A DNA stretch of 64,000 nt from assembly GCA_977016875.1 (NCBI GenBank), contig CDRNST010000045.1:124001-188000 (forward strand), given 5' to 3'. Shown here in pieces: positions 62,397 through 64,000 of the stretch (the first letter of the stretch is position 1; every line of letters begins with the position of its first letter). The translations under genes and the position numbers were made by a program. Source of the stretch: Pavona decussata (taxonomy: Eukaryota). The notes under the pieces are model-generated. The model did not search any database. It had not been told where the DNA came from and saw nothing but the letters and a program-made list of their open reading frames with translations.

Positions 62397-63060
62397 TGAA
62401 ATCTGATAGATTTCAAAGTATCAGACCAGCAACATATTCTATCCACTGAGACCACCATCCGAGTTGTCATGCCATTTAAAGATCAGGCCTCTGCTAATGT
62501 AATGAAGAAACGTATCACAGACCTCAGCTCAAAAATCAAGACCACAATCCAGCCTGTGTTCATCAGCAGAAAACTCAACGAAGACCTTAAAGTTCGAGAA
62601 GTCAAGGCTGCCACTGTTAACCAACAATGTCTAGTTTATAAATTTCAATGTAACCTGTGCCATGCAGGATATGTTGGTTACACTCGCGGCCACCTCCACG
62701 ACCGCGTTGATCTACACAAACAAAAATCGTCGTCTATTTGTAAACACTACTTGAGCGAACATAACTCGAACGTGCCTCGTTGTCTTTCAGAACAATTTCA
62801 CGTGCTAGCTAAATGTTCTAACAAATTTGATTGCCTAATTAAGGAGATGCTTTTCATAAGAAAACTTAAGCCATCCCTAAACGTGCAAACAGACTCGATT
62901 CACGAAAAAGGTATTCACCTGAAGAACTTGTGATCCTTTGTTAATATGCTAATTTGTAGAGACTGTAAAGTATAGAAATCAAATCGTCGCGTTAATTTAT
63001 CCACTTTGCCTTGAGAATAGTGTCACGATGACGCCGAAACGTCGGCTATTAACTTTAATT
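62397..63060 (+). mobile_element. Penelope-like element 3' end: GIY-YIG endonuclease and 3' tail
   Basis: PFKDQASAN..IQPVFISRKL...VYKFQCNLCHAGYVGYTRGHLHDRVDLH...KEMLFIRKLKPSLNVQ; 5' boundary lies in an (ATTATC)n repeat. Confidence 0.92.
63005..63048 (+). ncRNA. Possible variant minimal hammerhead ribozyme motif in the Penelope tail
   Basis: CTTGAGAA-TA-GTGTCA-CGA-TGACGC-C-GAAACGTC: a variant core, a stem II hairpin, GAAAC, and a short palindromic ACGT followed by C. Confidence 0.45.
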
Positions 63061-63172
63061 TTCGCTTGCTTATCTTTCAAGAAATCATTATTGATCAAAA
63101 CTAAAATTATTATTACTATCGTTTATTTGGGAAGGAAGTTAGGGTAGAAAGGTGGATGTTCGTTTTTTTATA

Positions 63173-64000
63173 TTTATCAACGTAAAAAATTTTGTTTTTG
63201 CCGTATAAAGAAAAAAATGTTTTGATTTCAGATTACATCAAGAGCTGTGTGGACTGCATACCAAATGAAGAGAAATATTGCCTCCCTAAATGCCTCACAA
63301 AAAGAGAAGTTTCCATACATATGCAGACAACATAAAGCTTCTGGTGTGACCCGAGTCCAGACCCACGTTACCAAGAATTTGGAAAACAAAATTACGAAAA
63401 CTATTTATACCAAAGGTTAGAAAGCCACAGCAATTCATAACTAGGGTGTGCCTTGGAATAAGGTTTATTAATAAAACTGATGAAGGGTAAGCCATATCAG
63501 CCAAACTGAGTAATCTGATACATTATCGTGATTACAGGAAAACAAGTTTACAAAATGTAGTGTTTGCGTGGGATTAGAACTCTGCCTGCAAGGGACAACA
63601 GACCAGGACAAATGAAGGACTCTGGCAATTAACAGCTAATGTGCGTAATCACTATTTTAATTTTCATTGATTTGGTACAAAAAAGTCGAACGCCACGAGG
63701 CTAATTCAAACTCCAACGATTAGAGAAAATGAAAACAATACAAGTCAACATTACAGTACGTAAATTAACTATTAAATAACCATTTAACATAACAAGATCT
63801 CAGATAGACTTTAGAAGTTGAGAAGACAACGGCAAAGGGGCAGTATCTTCAAATATGAATTGACGCAGTTTTATTAAGAAACATTAATTTAAAAAAGTAA
63901 CTTTTAAAACGAATTCTGAAATAATTGACAGTTCTTACATTCTTAATATAAGCCAGTTTTGTAATATAAGGGCCACTATAGGGGAAGCTTGATACTTTTA
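63173..64000 (+). repeat. Dispersed repeat B, copy 2 (runs to the window end)
   Basis: Direct copy of 50492-51536. Confidence 0.92.

Overview
AT-rich eukaryotic DNA, most likely from a cnidarian such as a stony coral (inferred from the repeat families, not proven). The window is a dense graveyard of nested, mostly decayed mobile elements, and I see no intact host gene. Retroelements: five Penelope-like fragments (RT and/or GIY-YIG), a DIRS/Ngaro element, a BEL/Pao gag, a probable solo LTR, L2/CR1-group 3' ends and tRNA-derived SINEs. DNA transposon remnants: pogo, Tc1, Harbinger, Kolobok, P-like, RAG1/Transib-like, Mutator-like and Sola-like. Several insertions can be resolved to the base from their terminal inverted repeats (TIRs) and target-site duplications (TSDs). 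The least ordinary items are: (1) a decayed SF3-helicase gene with a tandem orphan partner, which looks virus-like (32.8-34.3 kb); (2) a tyrosine-recombinase pseudogene, a GNAT-like exon and orphan genes between two diverged direct repeats (50.5-64 kb); (3) a P-like element whose 87-bp TIRs each precede an inward-facing gene at a symmetric distance; (4) a spliced ParB/Srx-like exon; (5) an acidic MDM2-type RING pseudogene. All are disabled copies. Family assignments come from reading motifs by eye and need HMM or BLAST confirmation.
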